Shown here in pieces: positions 42,210-53,016 of a stretch of 64,000 bases of DNA; positions within the stretch are counted from its first letter, which is position 1, and each line of letters begins with the position of its first letter. The position numbers were made by a program, and so were the translations under genes. Source of the DNA: a bacterium (GTDB lineage: Bacteria > Acidobacteriota > Blastocatellia > HR10); assembly GCA_041640655.1 (NCBI GenBank), contig JBEPZV010000001.1, positions 1-64,000 on the forward strand, in the 5' to 3' direction. The notes under the pieces were generated by a model. The model ran no database searches, had not been told where the DNA came from, and saw only the letters and a program-made list of their open reading frames with translations.

Positions 42210-43028
42210 TTAAGAGGGTTTCCCCATCGAGAGATCGTGTGCTTTCCTTGAACGAAGCGCTTCGCCAAAGAGCGTGAAGATGCTTCCGGCGTGACGGACG
42301 TACCGCTCCAGCAAAAGCCCCAGCATCACCCCGTAAGCGATGTGGGCCGTGAGGCTCACCATGAGGATTCCGTAGCCCTGCTTGAGACCAAAGTAGCCGG
42401 TGTCCATCGCCACGACCATCGGTGGAGTGGTCATCATCCCGAGCTCGATGATCAAGCCCCAGATCAATCCTCCCCACCAGCGAGATTTTCCAACCACTAA
42501 GGCATAGGTCAACCCGAAGCAGGCCCCGACCCAATAGTGGTAGAGATAGCCGACGCTATCCGAAAACGTTGATGGTCCAACGGCCATCTGATCAAGCAGC
42601 AGCACGCCAAACATTCTGGGCATATTGCCCGGCATCAGCCCCATCTGAAACCCGGTCAATCGAATCGTGTCGAGGACAGCCGTCGTTGCGGCTCCGACCC
42701 AGAGGCCCGTCCAGATCCGGTTCGTGAGCCGTGTCATCTCCAAGCTTTTCGCAGTGATCCCGACCAGCACCAGCAATACCAGCGAGGGGATCAACGCCCA
42801 CTTCGCCAGCAACGGCATCTCAGGCATTCCCGGCGTCAGAGCTACGACCAAACTATTCGGTCCGATCGCCGCGACCACCAGCGCCAGCGCCGTGAGAATC
42901 AGTTCCAAGAGAGTAGCGCGGTGTGGGTAGGCTTCGGGTGGAGGGACCTCCCACCGCCTCCGCCACATGAAGATCGTGACGAGCCACCCGACCGCGACAA
43001 ACAAGATGTCAATCCAGGTGATCGGCAT
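42210..43028 (-). CDS. Met/His-rich multi-TM membrane protein
   Basis: MPGNMPRMFG, YHYW, AHIAYG. Confidence 0.75.
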   Translation of the reverse strand: MPITWIDILFVAVGWLVTIFMWRRRWEVPPPEAYPHRATLLELILTALALVVAAIGPNSLVVALTPGMPEMPLLAKWALIPSLVLLVLVGITAKSLEMTRLTNRIWTGLWVGAATTAVLDTIRLTGFQMGLMPGNMPRMFGVLLLDQMAVGPSTFSDSVGYLYHYWVGACFGLTYALVVGKSRWWGGLIWGLIIELGMMTTPPMVVAMDTGYFGLKQGYGILMVSLTAHIAYGVMLGLLLERYVRHAGSIFTLFGEALRSRKAHDLSMGKPS

Positions 43029-43044
43029 ACTCCCGCAACGGCGA

Positions 43045-43554
43045 TTACCGGGTTGCCTTTTCCACAATTTGAGCCACCATCGTGTCCATCATCTCCCCGG
43101 CCTTTTTGACTCCCTCATCACCGTAGCTGGAATAACCCGGTGAAAACTTGTAATAACTCACCACGGTCTTCCCATCCGACCGCTCCCAGACGTAAATCTT
43201 CCCTGGCATTTCGAGCCCGACCTCGGGATGCATCGGGAGTAACATCTTCCCCATGTCTGGCTTGCCGAACTCGATGGTCTTTGATCCCTTAATCCTCGCG
43301 CCTACCATGGTGAGCATGTTCTGGTGGTCAATAGTGGCGACGATCATCATCCCCCGCTCCTTGAGCGCCTTGATGAGATTGTCAACCGTCTGAGCAAAGG
43401 GATGCGCGGACACGACGTCTACTCGATTCCCCCTCTCCGTGCGCTGCGCCGGTTCGACAGGGGTCGCTCCCATCGGAGGCTTTTCCGAGGCGGCAACAAA
43501 AACCAAGCTTCCAGTGAGGACAACGAGCAACATGATGCGGTTCATGCTCTTCAT
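43045..43554 (-). CDS. Secreted DUF302 protein
   Basis: TIDHQ, FGKP, GLEMP.KIYVWE. Confidence 0.85.
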   Translation of the reverse strand: MKSMNRIMLLVVLTGSLVFVAASEKPPMGATPVEPAQRTERGNRVDVVSAHPFAQTVDNLIKALKERGMMIVATIDHQNMLTMVGARIKGSKTIEFGKPDMGKMLLPMHPEVGLEMPGKIYVWERSDGKTVVSYYKFSPGYSSYGDEGVKKAGEMMDTMVAQIVEKATR

Positions 43555-43660
43555 AGTCTTTCCTCCTTTCGTTGATTTTTTGCTGAGCCGTTTCCTGTCA
43601 TGCTCGAAGCGAATCTCTCACTCATCACCAATAACGTTCTACCACTGGTCCTACGCCTCC

Positions 43661-44029
43661 TTAATGGGCGCAGCAGGCGTCGTCGGTGATCGTCGCGGGT
43701 CGCCGCTGCGCCTGGCTTTCATACAGCAGCAGAGCCTTATGCACCCAGGCTTCGCCCGGGCAGCCGCCCATCGCCATCGCGACGTTCAGTATCTCGATCA
43801 TCTCTTCCCGCGTGACGCCGAGAGCGATCGCTTTCTCGACGTACATCCGCACGCACGGCTCGCACTTGATGATGGTGGAGATGGCCAGCGCCGTGAGCAC
43901 CTTCACCTTCGCGGGAAAGAGACCATCGGCATAGGCGACTTCCCGAATGCGAGCCAGGGCGTCATGAATCTCAGGACTCAACTCTGCCAAATCTACGGTG
44001 ATCATTCCCGTTCTTGTGTCTCTCGCCAT
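43661..44029 (-). CDS. AhpD/carboxymuconolactone decarboxylase family protein
   Basis: CEPC motif, GVTREE; C-terminal CCAH. Confidence 0.85.
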   Translation of the reverse strand: MARDTRTGMITVDLAELSPEIHDALARIREVAYADGLFPAKVKVLTALAISTIIKCEPCVRMYVEKAIALGVTREEMIEILNVAMAMGGCPGEAWVHKALLLYESQAQRRPATITDDACCAH

Positions 44030-44127
44030 CTTTTCTCCCTCCGAAAATGTTCCTGCGGCGCAAGCTCGACAGCTTGCGCTCCCTCTCTCCTCTCCCGGTT
44101 CGGATCAACCGGAGAAGACGTTCACCG

Positions 44128-45012
44128 TCACGGTTGAACCGCGCGCACCGCTCCGACTTTGTAGCCGAGCCGGTCAATCGCGGCTTTGAGCTGCTCCGCA
44201 TTGACTTTCGCCGGATCGTACTCAACCACGGCTTGACCTTTTTCATAGCTCGCCTCTACGGACTTGACGCCCGGCAACCGCGTGAGCGCTTGCTCGACGT
44301 TCACCGCACAGCCGGCGCAGTCCATGCCACGAATTTCGATCGTCGCGCGAGCCAGAACGGGCACGTCTTGCGGATGGCGGTTTGTGGCGGTGGTGAATGG
44401 CGCGCTCGCTGCCGAGGTTTTGGCGGCTGAGCCCGCACTCCGAAGAGCCTCTCCGTTCGCTTTCGATGCGGAGCCCGATCGCGCAACGGCATCTCGCGCC
44501 GATTCGGCCGCCAGCGCGGGCGAGTCGGTTTGAGGAGGTTGGGATGGCGCTCGCTCAACAGGTTCCGCCCCCGTCAGCTTGTTCGTTTGTGACTGCAAAT
44601 CGCCTGCCGGATCAGTGTCGGGCGCCCCATGGGAACCCCGTATCGCCTGCGTCTTCTGCTTGGGTGAGAGGAGCGCCCAGACCGCCCCGGAGTAATACGG
44701 AAACGCGGCGAAGGCGATGACAAGACCCGTGGCCAGCCACAGCAGGATCTTATTCCACCGACCCACCGACGGGCGCGTCGCGCACACGCTCCCATCGGCG
44801 CAATGTACTTCCTGCTTGCGATAGGTGAAGTAAAACCCCAGCCCGAGCAGACCGAAAGTCAGCGCCAGCAGATAGGGCCGCCAGGCCTCGAACACGGCCG
44901 CCGCGCCGAAACTCCCCAACCCGGCGACCGCAGCCACAATCGGCCCCAGGCAGCAAAGCGACGCCGTAATGGCCGCCATCACGGATGCGACGAGCGTTGT
45001 CTCTCTTTTCAT
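44128..45012 (-). CDS. merT: MerT-HMA (MerP-like) fusion
   Basis: ASLCCLGP, WRPY, C.DG.VC, FPYY; C-terminal GMDCAGC. Confidence 0.88.
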   Translation of the reverse strand: MKRETTLVASVMAAITASLCCLGPIVAAVAGLGSFGAAAVFEAWRPYLLALTFGLLGLGFYFTYRKQEVHCADGSVCATRPSVGRWNKILLWLATGLVIAFAAFPYYSGAVWALLSPKQKTQAIRGSHGAPDTDPAGDLQSQTNKLTGAEPVERAPSQPPQTDSPALAAESARDAVARSGSASKANGEALRSAGSAAKTSAASAPFTTATNRHPQDVPVLARATIEIRGMDCAGCAVNVEQALTRLPGVKSVEASYEKGQAVVEYDPAKVNAEQLKAAIDRLGYKVGAVRAVQP

Positions 45013-45029
45013 GGTTTGTACCCTCCATT

Positions 45030-45496
45030 GCTTGTTCGTTGAGAGAAGCCCCGAAGAAAATGCTCGATGACCGGACAGGCTTTGTTGTCGGCGATAGCCC
45101 ACTCGCAGGTGGCTTCGTATCCCGCCAACTCGCGCCTCCGTCGGGGGTGAGCGCAGCATATCGGCGGTGCCGATCCTCAAGTTCCCTCGTTCGCCACCTA
45201 TGAGAGCAGTGATCCGAGTCCGTCGGCTCGGCCCCGACCGGCGCGCCGATTTCCTCCAGCGTGAACCCGAATCTCCTGACCCGCTCGATCAAGGTGATCC
45301 GTTCGATCACGCGCGGGCACTCCACGCGATTCGGAGATCGCGTGGGGACCCCGTTCGGATCAAAGAGACGATAGCCGCTCCGGCTCCGCGCCGCTTGAGG
45401 CCACAAGCCCCGTTGCTCAGAGCAACAGAGCCCGCCCCGGCTGACGCCGCTTCGCGCCTCCACCTCGCCGATCTTGAGCCCGGCCTTGTCCGTCAT
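45030..45496 (-). pseudogene. Degenerate MerR-family regulator with REP insert at 45315-45352
   Basis: LKIGEV...SGYRLFDP[14 aa]RVIER...GFTLEEI, then frameshifted relative to paralog 49851-50291. Confidence 0.78.
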
Positions 45497-45516
45497 CGCT
45501 CGGTTCTCACGCTCCG

Positions 45517-45548
45517 AGTGTAAGCCCTGGAACGAACTCCAGAGTCAA
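45517..45548 (-). promoter_or_regulatory. MerR/ZntR-type promoter-operator
   Basis: TTGACT-20 bp-TACACT, dyad CTGGA..TCCAG. Confidence 0.82.
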
Positions 45549-45574
45549 GGGCCTTTTGGACGAGACCGACCCTC

Positions 45575-45689
45575 GGGGTTCCCACGCGATCCCTCCGATC
45601 GCGTAGGGTGCTCCCGGCGTGTGTCCGGTTCTCATGCTCCAAAGGGACGACGTGATGGAGTACCCATCTCTAGATCGCCTGGGGTGCCC
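45575..45689. repeat. Two REP-like element copies
   Basis: ggggttcccacgcgatc..gatcgcgtagggtgctc and ...ctagatcgcctggggtgccc. Confidence 0.72.
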
Positions 45690-45933
45690 TTCATAGCCCG
45701 GCGTAGCACGCTGGAGAGGCAATGGTTCGGTTCGATCAAGTCCCCATCGGAAACGCCATCAATCGCCTTCCCGACGGTTTTTATTTCGCCGCTTCGGGGC
45801 TCCAATGATGAACCGGTGGCTTCTTCAGCGTGGTGGGCTTGGGCTCTTGCAGGTCCCCCTTTGGGGGCCGAAGACCCCTCCACCTTCACACTCAACCCGG
45901 ACTTTCCGACCTCCTCCCGGTGAACTAACCGGG

Positions 45934-46467
45934 TTATTGGTTGGGGCGTTGTGATGTTAAGTCGAAACTCTCTACGGCCAGGACGAACACGCCGTCTTTT
46001 CGTTCGAGCAGTTTCCCCCTCAGCGTGACGTCCTGATTCTGAATTCCTTCTGTTGCCTTCAGCTTCCTGAACTGTTCGTTCTTGGCGAGTACGAACACCT
46101 CTCCAGCGTTTCGGGGTCTAATGGTCCACTCCTTCGAGGTTGAGTTGACCCGCCCAATGACCGTGATTTCGATCTCTTTGACGGGATCAAAACCCAACTC
46201 GTCCTTGAGCACCGAGAGGATTCTCCTCACCTCGAAGGGAGTTTGGGCGCTGGCCTCAAGCTCAACAACACCGGAGCGCGAATAAGTGGCCTTTTCGACG
46301 CCAGCCTGGCGCCGGAGCGCAGCCCTCATCGTCTCCGGTCAAAGGAACTTCAGGGACTTATTCGCTCCGACGTCCCCGACAACCGTGAGGCGAATCGGCG
46401 CCTCCTGTGCTCCCACTGGTAAAGAGGCACAAAACAAGAGCAGTACGATCATTGAGACCCTCGTCAT
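45934..46467 (-). CDS. Putative selenoprotein: secreted HMA-like protein (Sec codon 46339-46341)
   Basis: ORFs 46339-46524 and 45934-46329 are in one frame joined by TGA; the TGA aligns with the CPLU Sec of paralog 53017-53580; hairpin 46296-46314. Confidence 0.72.
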
Positions 46468-46616
46468 AATCGCCCCCTCCTCAGAAAAGAGTGGCGCAGA
46501 CTTCAGTCTGCGCGAGGTTTTCATCGTTTCTGGGCGTCCTCATGGACGCCATGGATAACTCCCCGAAACTCATAAGTCTGGAGAGAAACCCGGCAGCTCG
46601 CTTCACCCGACCGATC

Positions 46617-47015
46617 TCATCGGCCGCAGGAATTCCCCCGCCAATACTTTCCCCATACTCGTTCCGGCAAGAGAGTCAACGCGCAGCCGCCCAGGATCAC
46701 GGCCAGGCCGATCCCCATCCACCCCGTGGCCGAGAGCGACACCAGCCCCACACCGTGAGCCAAAGAGACGCCCGCCCCGATCAAAAACAACGGCCCCGTG
46801 AAATAACAATGCACTCGCCCACAGCGAGCGGCATTCACAAGGCATCCCGCTCCGGCTACACCAAGCGAAACCGACCAGAGCACCGCCCGAAGGCTCGGGC
46901 TTGTGAAAAAGCCAACGGCGAAGACCGCGAGCGGCAGTTTCCATACAATCAGCGAAACCCACTTGCTCGCGACGAGATCTTTCGGCTCAGCGCCACCACA
47001 ACAGTCTGCACTCAT
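46617..47015 (-). CDS. Cys-rich membrane protein (mer-operon-associated type)
   Basis: N-terminal CC; CLVNAARCGRVHC; 4 TM. Confidence 0.75.
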   Translation of the reverse strand: MSADCCGGAEPKDLVASKWVSLIVWKLPLAVFAVGFFTSPSLRAVLWSVSLGVAGAGCLVNAARCGRVHCYFTGPLFLIGAGVSLAHGVGLVSLSATGWMGIGLAVILGGCALTLLPERVWGKYWRGNSCGR

Positions 47016-47024
47016 GGCTTCACC

Positions 47025-47552
47025 TCACGTCTCCGTCACGGCGTAGCCATCGGGCATCGGGGCCGCGACAGCTTCCTCCCGCCTTCTTGTCGAATCCGAT
47101 CGCTTCAGCGCTCTGAGCACAACCCCGGTCACCACGCCGAGGCAACACCGGCCCGACGGATTCATGATCTCACAGGCGCATCGGCCGGCCTTGACCTGCG
47201 CCTTGATGTAATCGGGAATCGTCGTTCGTCCCGTCGCCGCGATCTCATCGCGCACCATCTTCTCCGTGACGCCGAAGCAATAGCAGATCGGCACCGGGTC
47301 TTCGGTCTCCTTCACCCCCACCCGCACGCGCACGTCACTTTTGTAGAAGTACGCGTCGGCCTCGTTGGAGAAGTACACGACCGGACACGTGGGCGTCGCG
47401 CAGAAGAAGTGGGGATGATCGGTCAGACGCGCTACCGCCGACTCCACAAGCAGATGCTCCATCGTCCGCCGCGTGACGGGCTTCCCCTTCCGCCCACACA
47501 AGCGGCAGTGGGCGGAATGGACCACGATCGGCACCTGGCAACATTCGGACAT
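47025..47552 (-). CDS. CopZ zinc-binding/BFD-like [2Fe-2S] metallochaperone
   Basis: CRLCG, FC.TPTCPVVYF, ICYCF, CACE..NPSGRCC. Confidence 0.85.
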   Translation of the reverse strand: MSECCQVPIVVHSAHCRLCGRKGKPVTRRTMEHLLVESAVARLTDHPHFFCATPTCPVVYFSNEADAYFYKSDVRVRVGVKETEDPVPICYCFGVTEKMVRDEIAATGRTTIPDYIKAQVKAGRCACEIMNPSGRCCLGVVTGVVLRALKRSDSTRRREEAVAAPMPDGYAVTET

Positions 47553-47588
47553 GCGTCTTTCACCTCCTTGAGCGACCGGGCTCGTCTG

Positions 47589-48941
47589 TCAGACCATGTA
47601 GCTCACGTCTGAGCAACTGCTCGGATAGGCATAAGGCATCCGCTTCAGATCAGCCGCGCGAAGCCCCAATCTAATGGCCAGGCCAAACAGATTGATGACC
47701 TCCTCGGCATGAGGCCCCAGCAAATGCGCGCCGAGAATCCGATCGCTCCCCTCCTCGACGAGCACCTTGAATCCTGAATGCGTCATTCCCACTCGGCGCG
47801 ACGAATACCAGCCGGATGTATCCTCGCGCTTGACCCTGAACGTCAACCCCTCCGCGCGAGCCTTCTCTTCGTGCAACCCCACCGATGCCAGAGGCGGGAT
47901 CGTGAAGACGACCGTGGGCACCCCCGTGTAATCCGGGCGGCGGTGATTCCCTTCGAGGAGATTACTGGCCACGACCTGCCCTTCGATGGCGGCCACAGGC
48001 GTCAGCGGCGGGCCGCCGCTCGCCGCCACATCGCCGGCCGCGTAGACCGCCGGATTCGAGATGCTCTGGAGATATTCGTTGACGAGGACGCCTCGCCGAT
48101 CGCTCGCCACGCCCGCCACGTCCAGGTTGAGATCCTCGATGTCCGGCGCGCGCCCCGCACCGTGCACCACGAGATCGGCTTCAAACGTGTGCTCCACGCC
48201 TCCAGCGCGAGCCTTCACGATCAGGCCGCCCGATCGCCGCTCGATGGCCTCAACCGAGGTGTCGAGTCGAACGTCTATGCCGATGTCTCGCGTCGCCTGC
48301 ACGAGTCTCTCCACCAGATCCGGATCGAACCCTTTCAGCGGGCGCGACCCGCGATGGAGGATCCGAGCGTGAGCGCCCGCCCGCGCCGCCACATGCGCGA
48401 ACTCGAAGGAGATGTATCCTCCGCCGACGAAGACGATGCGCTCCGGGAGCCGGTCCAACTCCAGGAAGTCATCGCTCGTCGTCAGGAACTCTTCACCCGG
48501 AATCCCGAGCCGGGCCGGGCGCGCGCCCGTCGCGATGACAACATGCCGGGCCACCAACTCTTCATCCCCCACGGCCACAGCCGTCGGAGCCACGAAGCGG
48601 GCTCGACCGTGCACGGTCACGATCCCGGCTTGAGCGAATCGCTTCTCTCGGTTTTCCGGAATCGGATCGGTAAACGTGCGCTTGAAGCGCATCAAGTCCG
48701 ACCACTCGATCCGACACCCATCCGAGGCGATCCCTTTGCCCGTCATTCTGCGCGCCCAGTCCACGACTTCGGCGGCTCCCACGAGAACTTTCTTCGGATC
48801 GCAACCGCGCAAGGCACACGTCCCGCCAAACGGCCTCGAATCAATGACGGCGACGCTCCATCCGGCTGCCCGACACCGATAGGCCACCGTCGCAGCCGCC
48901 GTTCCCGTCCCGATGACGATGAGATCGAATTGTCGCCCCAT
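47589..48941 (-). CDS. Pyridine nucleotide-disulfide oxidoreductase (class I; lacks the MerA C-terminal CC)
   Basis: GGTCALRGCDPKK, GGGYI, GDV, ILGAH; ends YPSSCSDVSYMV. Confidence 0.9.
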   Translation of the reverse strand: MGRQFDLIVIGTGTAAATVAYRCRAAGWSVAVIDSRPFGGTCALRGCDPKKVLVGAAEVVDWARRMTGKGIASDGCRIEWSDLMRFKRTFTDPIPENREKRFAQAGIVTVHGRARFVAPTAVAVGDEELVARHVVIATGARPARLGIPGEEFLTTSDDFLELDRLPERIVFVGGGYISFEFAHVAARAGAHARILHRGSRPLKGFDPDLVERLVQATRDIGIDVRLDTSVEAIERRSGGLIVKARAGGVEHTFEADLVVHGAGRAPDIEDLNLDVAGVASDRRGVLVNEYLQSISNPAVYAAGDVAASGGPPLTPVAAIEGQVVASNLLEGNHRRPDYTGVPTVVFTIPPLASVGLHEEKARAEGLTFRVKREDTSGWYSSRRVGMTHSGFKVLVEEGSDRILGAHLLGPHAEEVINLFGLAIRLGLRAADLKRMPYAYPSSCSDVSYMV

Positions 48942-48952
48942 GATCGCCTCCC

Positions 48953-49801
48953 TCACAGGACGGCCTTGAAGCCGGTCCTGTTGATCGCGTCGGCCACCTG
49001 CTCGAGCGTGACGCGTGCCGGATCGAACGTCACGACGGCGTGCTTCTTCTCGACACTGACCTCTACAGCCTTCACCCCATCGCGCCGCATGAGCGCCTGC
49101 CGGACCGACGCCGCACACCCGGCACAGGTCATCCCTTCGACGGGAATGGTCGCCGTCACGGCCTCGATCGTGAAGCCGGCTTCCTTGACCGCCTCCACAA
49201 GCTTTTCTAACCGGATCCGCTCGGGATCGTACTCGACCAGGGCTTCGCCCTTTTCGTAGCTGGCCGTCGCCGAGCGCACTCCGGGAAGAGCTCCAAGCGC
49301 CGACTCCAGAGCGGCCGCGCACCCGCCGCAGGTCATGCCGCCGACTTCCAGCCGCACGGGGTCCCCACGCGATCCGGAGATCGCGTGGGGTGCCCGCACG
49401 CTTATCGGCCGCTCGACCGCAGCCGATGCGACCGATCCCCCTTGCTCCTTCGACGGACCGTTCAACGCCGCCCAGAATCGCCCGGAATAATAGGGAAACG
49501 CGGCAAAGAGCACGATCACGACCGTAGCGATCCACAGGATCGTCTTCTGCCATCGCGAGGCCTTCCTGGTCGCGCATGCCCCATCGGCGCACGCCGCCTC
49601 TTTCCGGCGATAGGTGAGATAAAACGCCGCCGCCAGCAGCGCGAACGTCACGACGAGCAAATAGGGTCGCCACGCCTCGAAGGCGGCCGCCGCGCCGAAA
49701 CTCCCCAACCCCACGACCGCAGCTACAATCGGCCCCAAGCAACAGAGCGAAGCCGTGATCGCCCCAATGAGCGAAGCTCCAAGTGCGATCTTCTCCCTCA
49801 T
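48953..49801 (-). CDS. merT: MerT-HMA-HMA fusion (REP insert at 49358-49395)
   Basis: ASLCCLGP; GMTCGGC and GMTCAGC. Confidence 0.9.
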   Translation of the reverse strand: MREKIALGASLIGAITASLCCLGPIVAAVVGLGSFGAAAAFEAWRPYLLVVTFALLAAAFYLTYRRKEAACADGACATRKASRWQKTILWIATVVIVLFAAFPYYSGRFWAALNGPSKEQGGSVASAAVERPISVRAPHAISGSRGDPVRLEVGGMTCGGCAAALESALGALPGVRSATASYEKGEALVEYDPERIRLEKLVEAVKEAGFTIEAVTATIPVEGMTCAGCAASVRQALMRRDGVKAVEVSVEKKHAVVTFDPARVTLEQVADAINRTGFKAVL

Positions 49802-49850
49802 CGTCCCTCCTTTCACACGGGGGTCCCCATGGGGCGCCCCCGACATCCCT

Positions 49851-50291
49851 TCACTCCCGTTTCCGCCCCCGCCGGGGCTTTGACGCGCGAGAGGAAGGGT
49901 GAAGAAAATCCTCGATGACCGGACAGCTCTTCCGCCCGGCGACGGCGCGCTCGCACTCGGCCTTATAGGCCGAGAGCTCGCGACGCAATCGTTTGATCTC
50001 CTCGTACCGCCGATCGAGATCCTCGAGCTTGCGCGCGATCACCTGCAGAACCTCCGCGCACGTCCGCGGTTCGGCCGTCGGTAATTGGAGCAATTGTTTG
50101 ATCTCCTCGAGCGTGAAGCCGAAGCTCTGCGCCCGCTTGATGAAGCGCAGGCGCTCGATCACGCGCGGATCGTACAGCCGATACCCGCTCTGCGTCCGAG
50201 CAGCTCTCGGCAAAAGCCCCAACCGTTCGTAGTAGCGGAGCGTATCCACGCTCACGCCACATTCGGTGGCCACCTGGCCGATCTTCAACAC
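49851..50291 (-). CDS. Heavy-metal MerR-family regulator
   Basis: LKIGQVA..TLRYYE..GYRLY..GFTLEEI; C...C..CP metal ligands. Confidence 0.92.
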   Translation of the reverse strand: MLKIGQVATECGVSVDTLRYYERLGLLPRAARTQSGYRLYDPRVIERLRFIKRAQSFGFTLEEIKQLLQLPTAEPRTCAEVLQVIARKLEDLDRRYEEIKRLRRELSAYKAECERAVAGRKSCPVIEDFLHPSSRASKPRRGRKRE

Positions 50292-50325
50292 CGCCGCTTC
50301 CCCTCCGCTCGTTTTCACAACCGCC

Positions 50326-50357
50326 AGTATAAACCCTGGACCTATCTCCAGAGTCAA
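50326..50357 (-). promoter_or_regulatory. MerR/ZntR-type promoter-operator
   Basis: TTGACT-20 bp-TATACT, dyad CTGGA..TCCAG. Confidence 0.85.
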
Positions 50358-50536
50358 GCGAAAGCTTCAGGTGTGCCACCCCAAGCCAGGCACGAGCGGT
50401 TCCCTGGCGGCCATCGCATCTACAGCGATGACGTGCCGATTGCGTATCACCGAATATGTCGAGCGGGGTCTCGCCGGCGCGTGAGTTCGAGCTCCATCGT
50501 TTCACCCGAACATGGGTGACTTGTTGAGTCGCCCCT

Positions 50537-52720
50537 TCAATTGGGTCGGCGCGCGCGTTCGATCGCCTCCAGCGCTGCTGCCAACCACTTCTCGCCCTGG
50601 CCGCCGAAGCCCACCTGCTCCAGGACCACGGTGCCTTCTTGACCGATCAGCCAGCTGCGCGGGATGCTCACAAGCGGCAAGACGCTCTCCACATACGAAG
50701 AGGCCGGGATGACCGGGAAACTGAAGCCGTGCTTGTTGACGTAAGGCTCCACCAATCCGAGATCCGCATCCACGTTGAACGTCAGCACGAGCACATCCGG
50801 GTGATCTTTCAGGCGTTCATAGAGCTTCTGCACGTAGGGCAGTTCCTCGCGGCAGGGGCCGCACCACGTCGCCCAGATATTGATGAACGTGATCTTGCCT
50901 CGGAGATCGGCCAGCCGCCAGGTTCGTCCTCGAAGGTCTTGAAGCTCGAAATCGGGAAGGGGCATCTGGCGCTCCTCCCATGCGCCGGGAGAGGCTTCCC
51001 CAATCGGGGCCGTTGCCCGCGCCAACCACGCATGCCATCCCTCAGTCGTTCCCCCAAGCTCTCTCCACAAGCGCTCGACTCGCTTCGTCAGGTCTTCTCT
51101 CGATGCGCCTCTCTCATCCGGCTCGGGCCCCTCCAGCAGCGCCTTTTGATAAAAGGCGAGGGCATCGAGCTTTCGGTTTTCGGCCTCGGCCAGCCGCGCC
51201 ATCCACTCCCAGTAGATCGCCTGACGTCGAGCGTGGAGGCGCTTTTCTTCGCTCGGAGCCGACTCTTGCGGTCTTCGCCGGACCAGAAAGTCTTCCATCT
51301 GAATGAGCACTTCGCGCGCCTTCTCCCGCCGGTTCATCTTCAGGTAGGCGTCGAGCAAGATCGGCCATCCGCGCCAGTAGCTGTAGTCCACGTTGCCTTG
51401 AAGGGCTTTTTTCGCCTCGGCCGAAAGGTCGTCGCGTCGGACGTCCCGCTCCGTTCTCCGTTCGATCTCGCGGAAGCCGCGCTCAATCAGTTCCGGGATG
51501 CGTTCGAGTCGAACGCCGCGCTTGAGATAGAGCTGAGCGACCTGAAGGGCCGGGGGCGGCAGGGCATAAAAGAGGTCGGACTGTTTTTCCGAAGCGCTCA
51601 GCAGGCGCTCGCCGATCGTCTCGATCTCGACAGAAGGGAGATCGTCCAGCTCGCTCGCGGCCTCAAGTCGTCTCAGCCATGGAGCGGGATGATCGGGCCA
51701 GCGCTGAATCCATTCCTCGGTTGCGCGGAAGAGGGCGCGATAGTACGCTCGACGCTTCTCCGGAGGGTCGGTCTCGCCGGGGCGAGGGTGAGCCGCGTTC
51801 CATCGGTCGTAGACGATGAGGGACATCACGCCGCTGGAGTGAGGGAATCGGCGCAGCATCTCCTCTTCCACCCAGCGAAGGCCCTGGGCGTCGCCGGTCA
51901 TCTCGTAGCCCGTGCGAAGCGTCAAAAGCCCGCGCAAGGTGTTGCCCAGCCCCAGATCGCGCAATCGCGTGAGGTCTTCTGCGATCTGTTTTCGGAGCCG
52001 CGGATGTTCCGTCACGGGCTTCGCCTGGAACTCCAGTCGCCACAGGGTTTGGTAATAGGAGAGGTCTTCGGGATCGGTCCGGCTCCGAAGCCGTACGCGC
52101 AGCTTTTGGGCGGCCTCGGCGAGGAACTCCCGATCGTCCATCCGGCCGGCAAGCTCATACGCCTCCACGCTCGAGGGGCAGAGCCTCATGAACGTCTCCA
52201 GATGGGCGCGCGCTTTCTGCAGATCTTTCCAGGGGCCCTGCAGATGGATTCGGGCCAGCGCCAGGTGAGCCAGCGGGAAGTCGGGCGCTCGCTCGATGGC
52301 CTTTTCGAGAAGCGCGATCGCCAGGTCGGTCTGTCGGCCGATGAGGCTGTTGCCGTACAGGTACAAAGCGAGAGGATCATGGGGCTGTCGTTCGAGTCGT
52401 GCCTTGTACTCGGCGATCAGCGAATCCAGCTCATCGTCCATGACCTGCTCGATGAAGCCCAGGTAGCGACGGTGGACGAAGGGATCGTCGGGAAATTGTC
52501 TCAACAGGGGGCGCAGGATGGCCAATCCTCGCTCTCGGCGTTGCTCTCGTCCCGTGCGCGCGTCATCATCGAAGGACAATTTCCGGAGGGCCAGTTTTAC
52601 TTCGGGAGATGGCTCACAAGGAGAGTTCACCGCTTGTGGCCACACAGAGGCTTTAAGCGTCACGGCGAGGACGCCGCTTAAAACGACCTGTCGCCACGTG
52701 ATCTTCTTGTTGGCCTTCAT
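50537..52720 (-). CDS. Secreted TPR protein with C-terminal TlpA/redoxin domain
   Basis: Signal peptide, TPR-like helices, WATWCGPC. Confidence 0.87.
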   Translation of the reverse strand: MKANKKITWRQVVLSGVLAVTLKASVWPQAVNSPCEPSPEVKLALRKLSFDDDARTGREQRRERGLAILRPLLRQFPDDPFVHRRYLGFIEQVMDDELDSLIAEYKARLERQPHDPLALYLYGNSLIGRQTDLAIALLEKAIERAPDFPLAHLALARIHLQGPWKDLQKARAHLETFMRLCPSSVEAYELAGRMDDREFLAEAAQKLRVRLRSRTDPEDLSYYQTLWRLEFQAKPVTEHPRLRKQIAEDLTRLRDLGLGNTLRGLLTLRTGYEMTGDAQGLRWVEEEMLRRFPHSSGVMSLIVYDRWNAAHPRPGETDPPEKRRAYYRALFRATEEWIQRWPDHPAPWLRRLEAASELDDLPSVEIETIGERLLSASEKQSDLFYALPPPALQVAQLYLKRGVRLERIPELIERGFREIERRTERDVRRDDLSAEAKKALQGNVDYSYWRGWPILLDAYLKMNRREKAREVLIQMEDFLVRRRPQESAPSEEKRLHARRQAIYWEWMARLAEAENRKLDALAFYQKALLEGPEPDERGASREDLTKRVERLWRELGGTTEGWHAWLARATAPIGEASPGAWEERQMPLPDFELQDLRGRTWRLADLRGKITFINIWATWCGPCREELPYVQKLYERLKDHPDVLVLTFNVDADLGLVEPYVNKHGFSFPVIPASSYVESVLPLVSIPRSWLIGQEGTVVLEQVGFGGQGEKWLAAALEAIERARRPN

Positions 52721-53016
52721 CGTGCCCTCCCGATCGGAAGGAACTCTGCCAGAAGATAATGCCACATTCAAGCGCGGCGAGGCTATGTACGTCACCGGCT
52801 CGACAAGGGCTGCCGCCATGGCACGTGAGGCATCGAACCAGGGCGTTCCGTCGTGCGGCGGCACTCGGGCCTGTCTGCCGACAGGCGGATGACCGTGATG
52901 GCCGCCGTGCTCTCGCATCCTGGGTCAAGGGAGAACCCTTGCTCTTCGCCTTTTCGAGCGCGTTATTGAGAGGGTTACTTTTTGCGCCGCGGCTCTAGAG
53001 CTCGCTCGGACTCAGA

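Noticed and set aside
47589..48941. Calling this gene merA
   Set aside because: It lacks the NmerA domain and the C-terminal vicinal cysteines, and its active site CALRGC differs from the MerA CVNVGC type.
3425..52681. Long antisense ORFs (e.g. 3425-5227, 33028-34248, 47778-49259, 50639-52681)
   Set aside because: Shadow ORFs of real genes on the opposite strand, expected at high GC.
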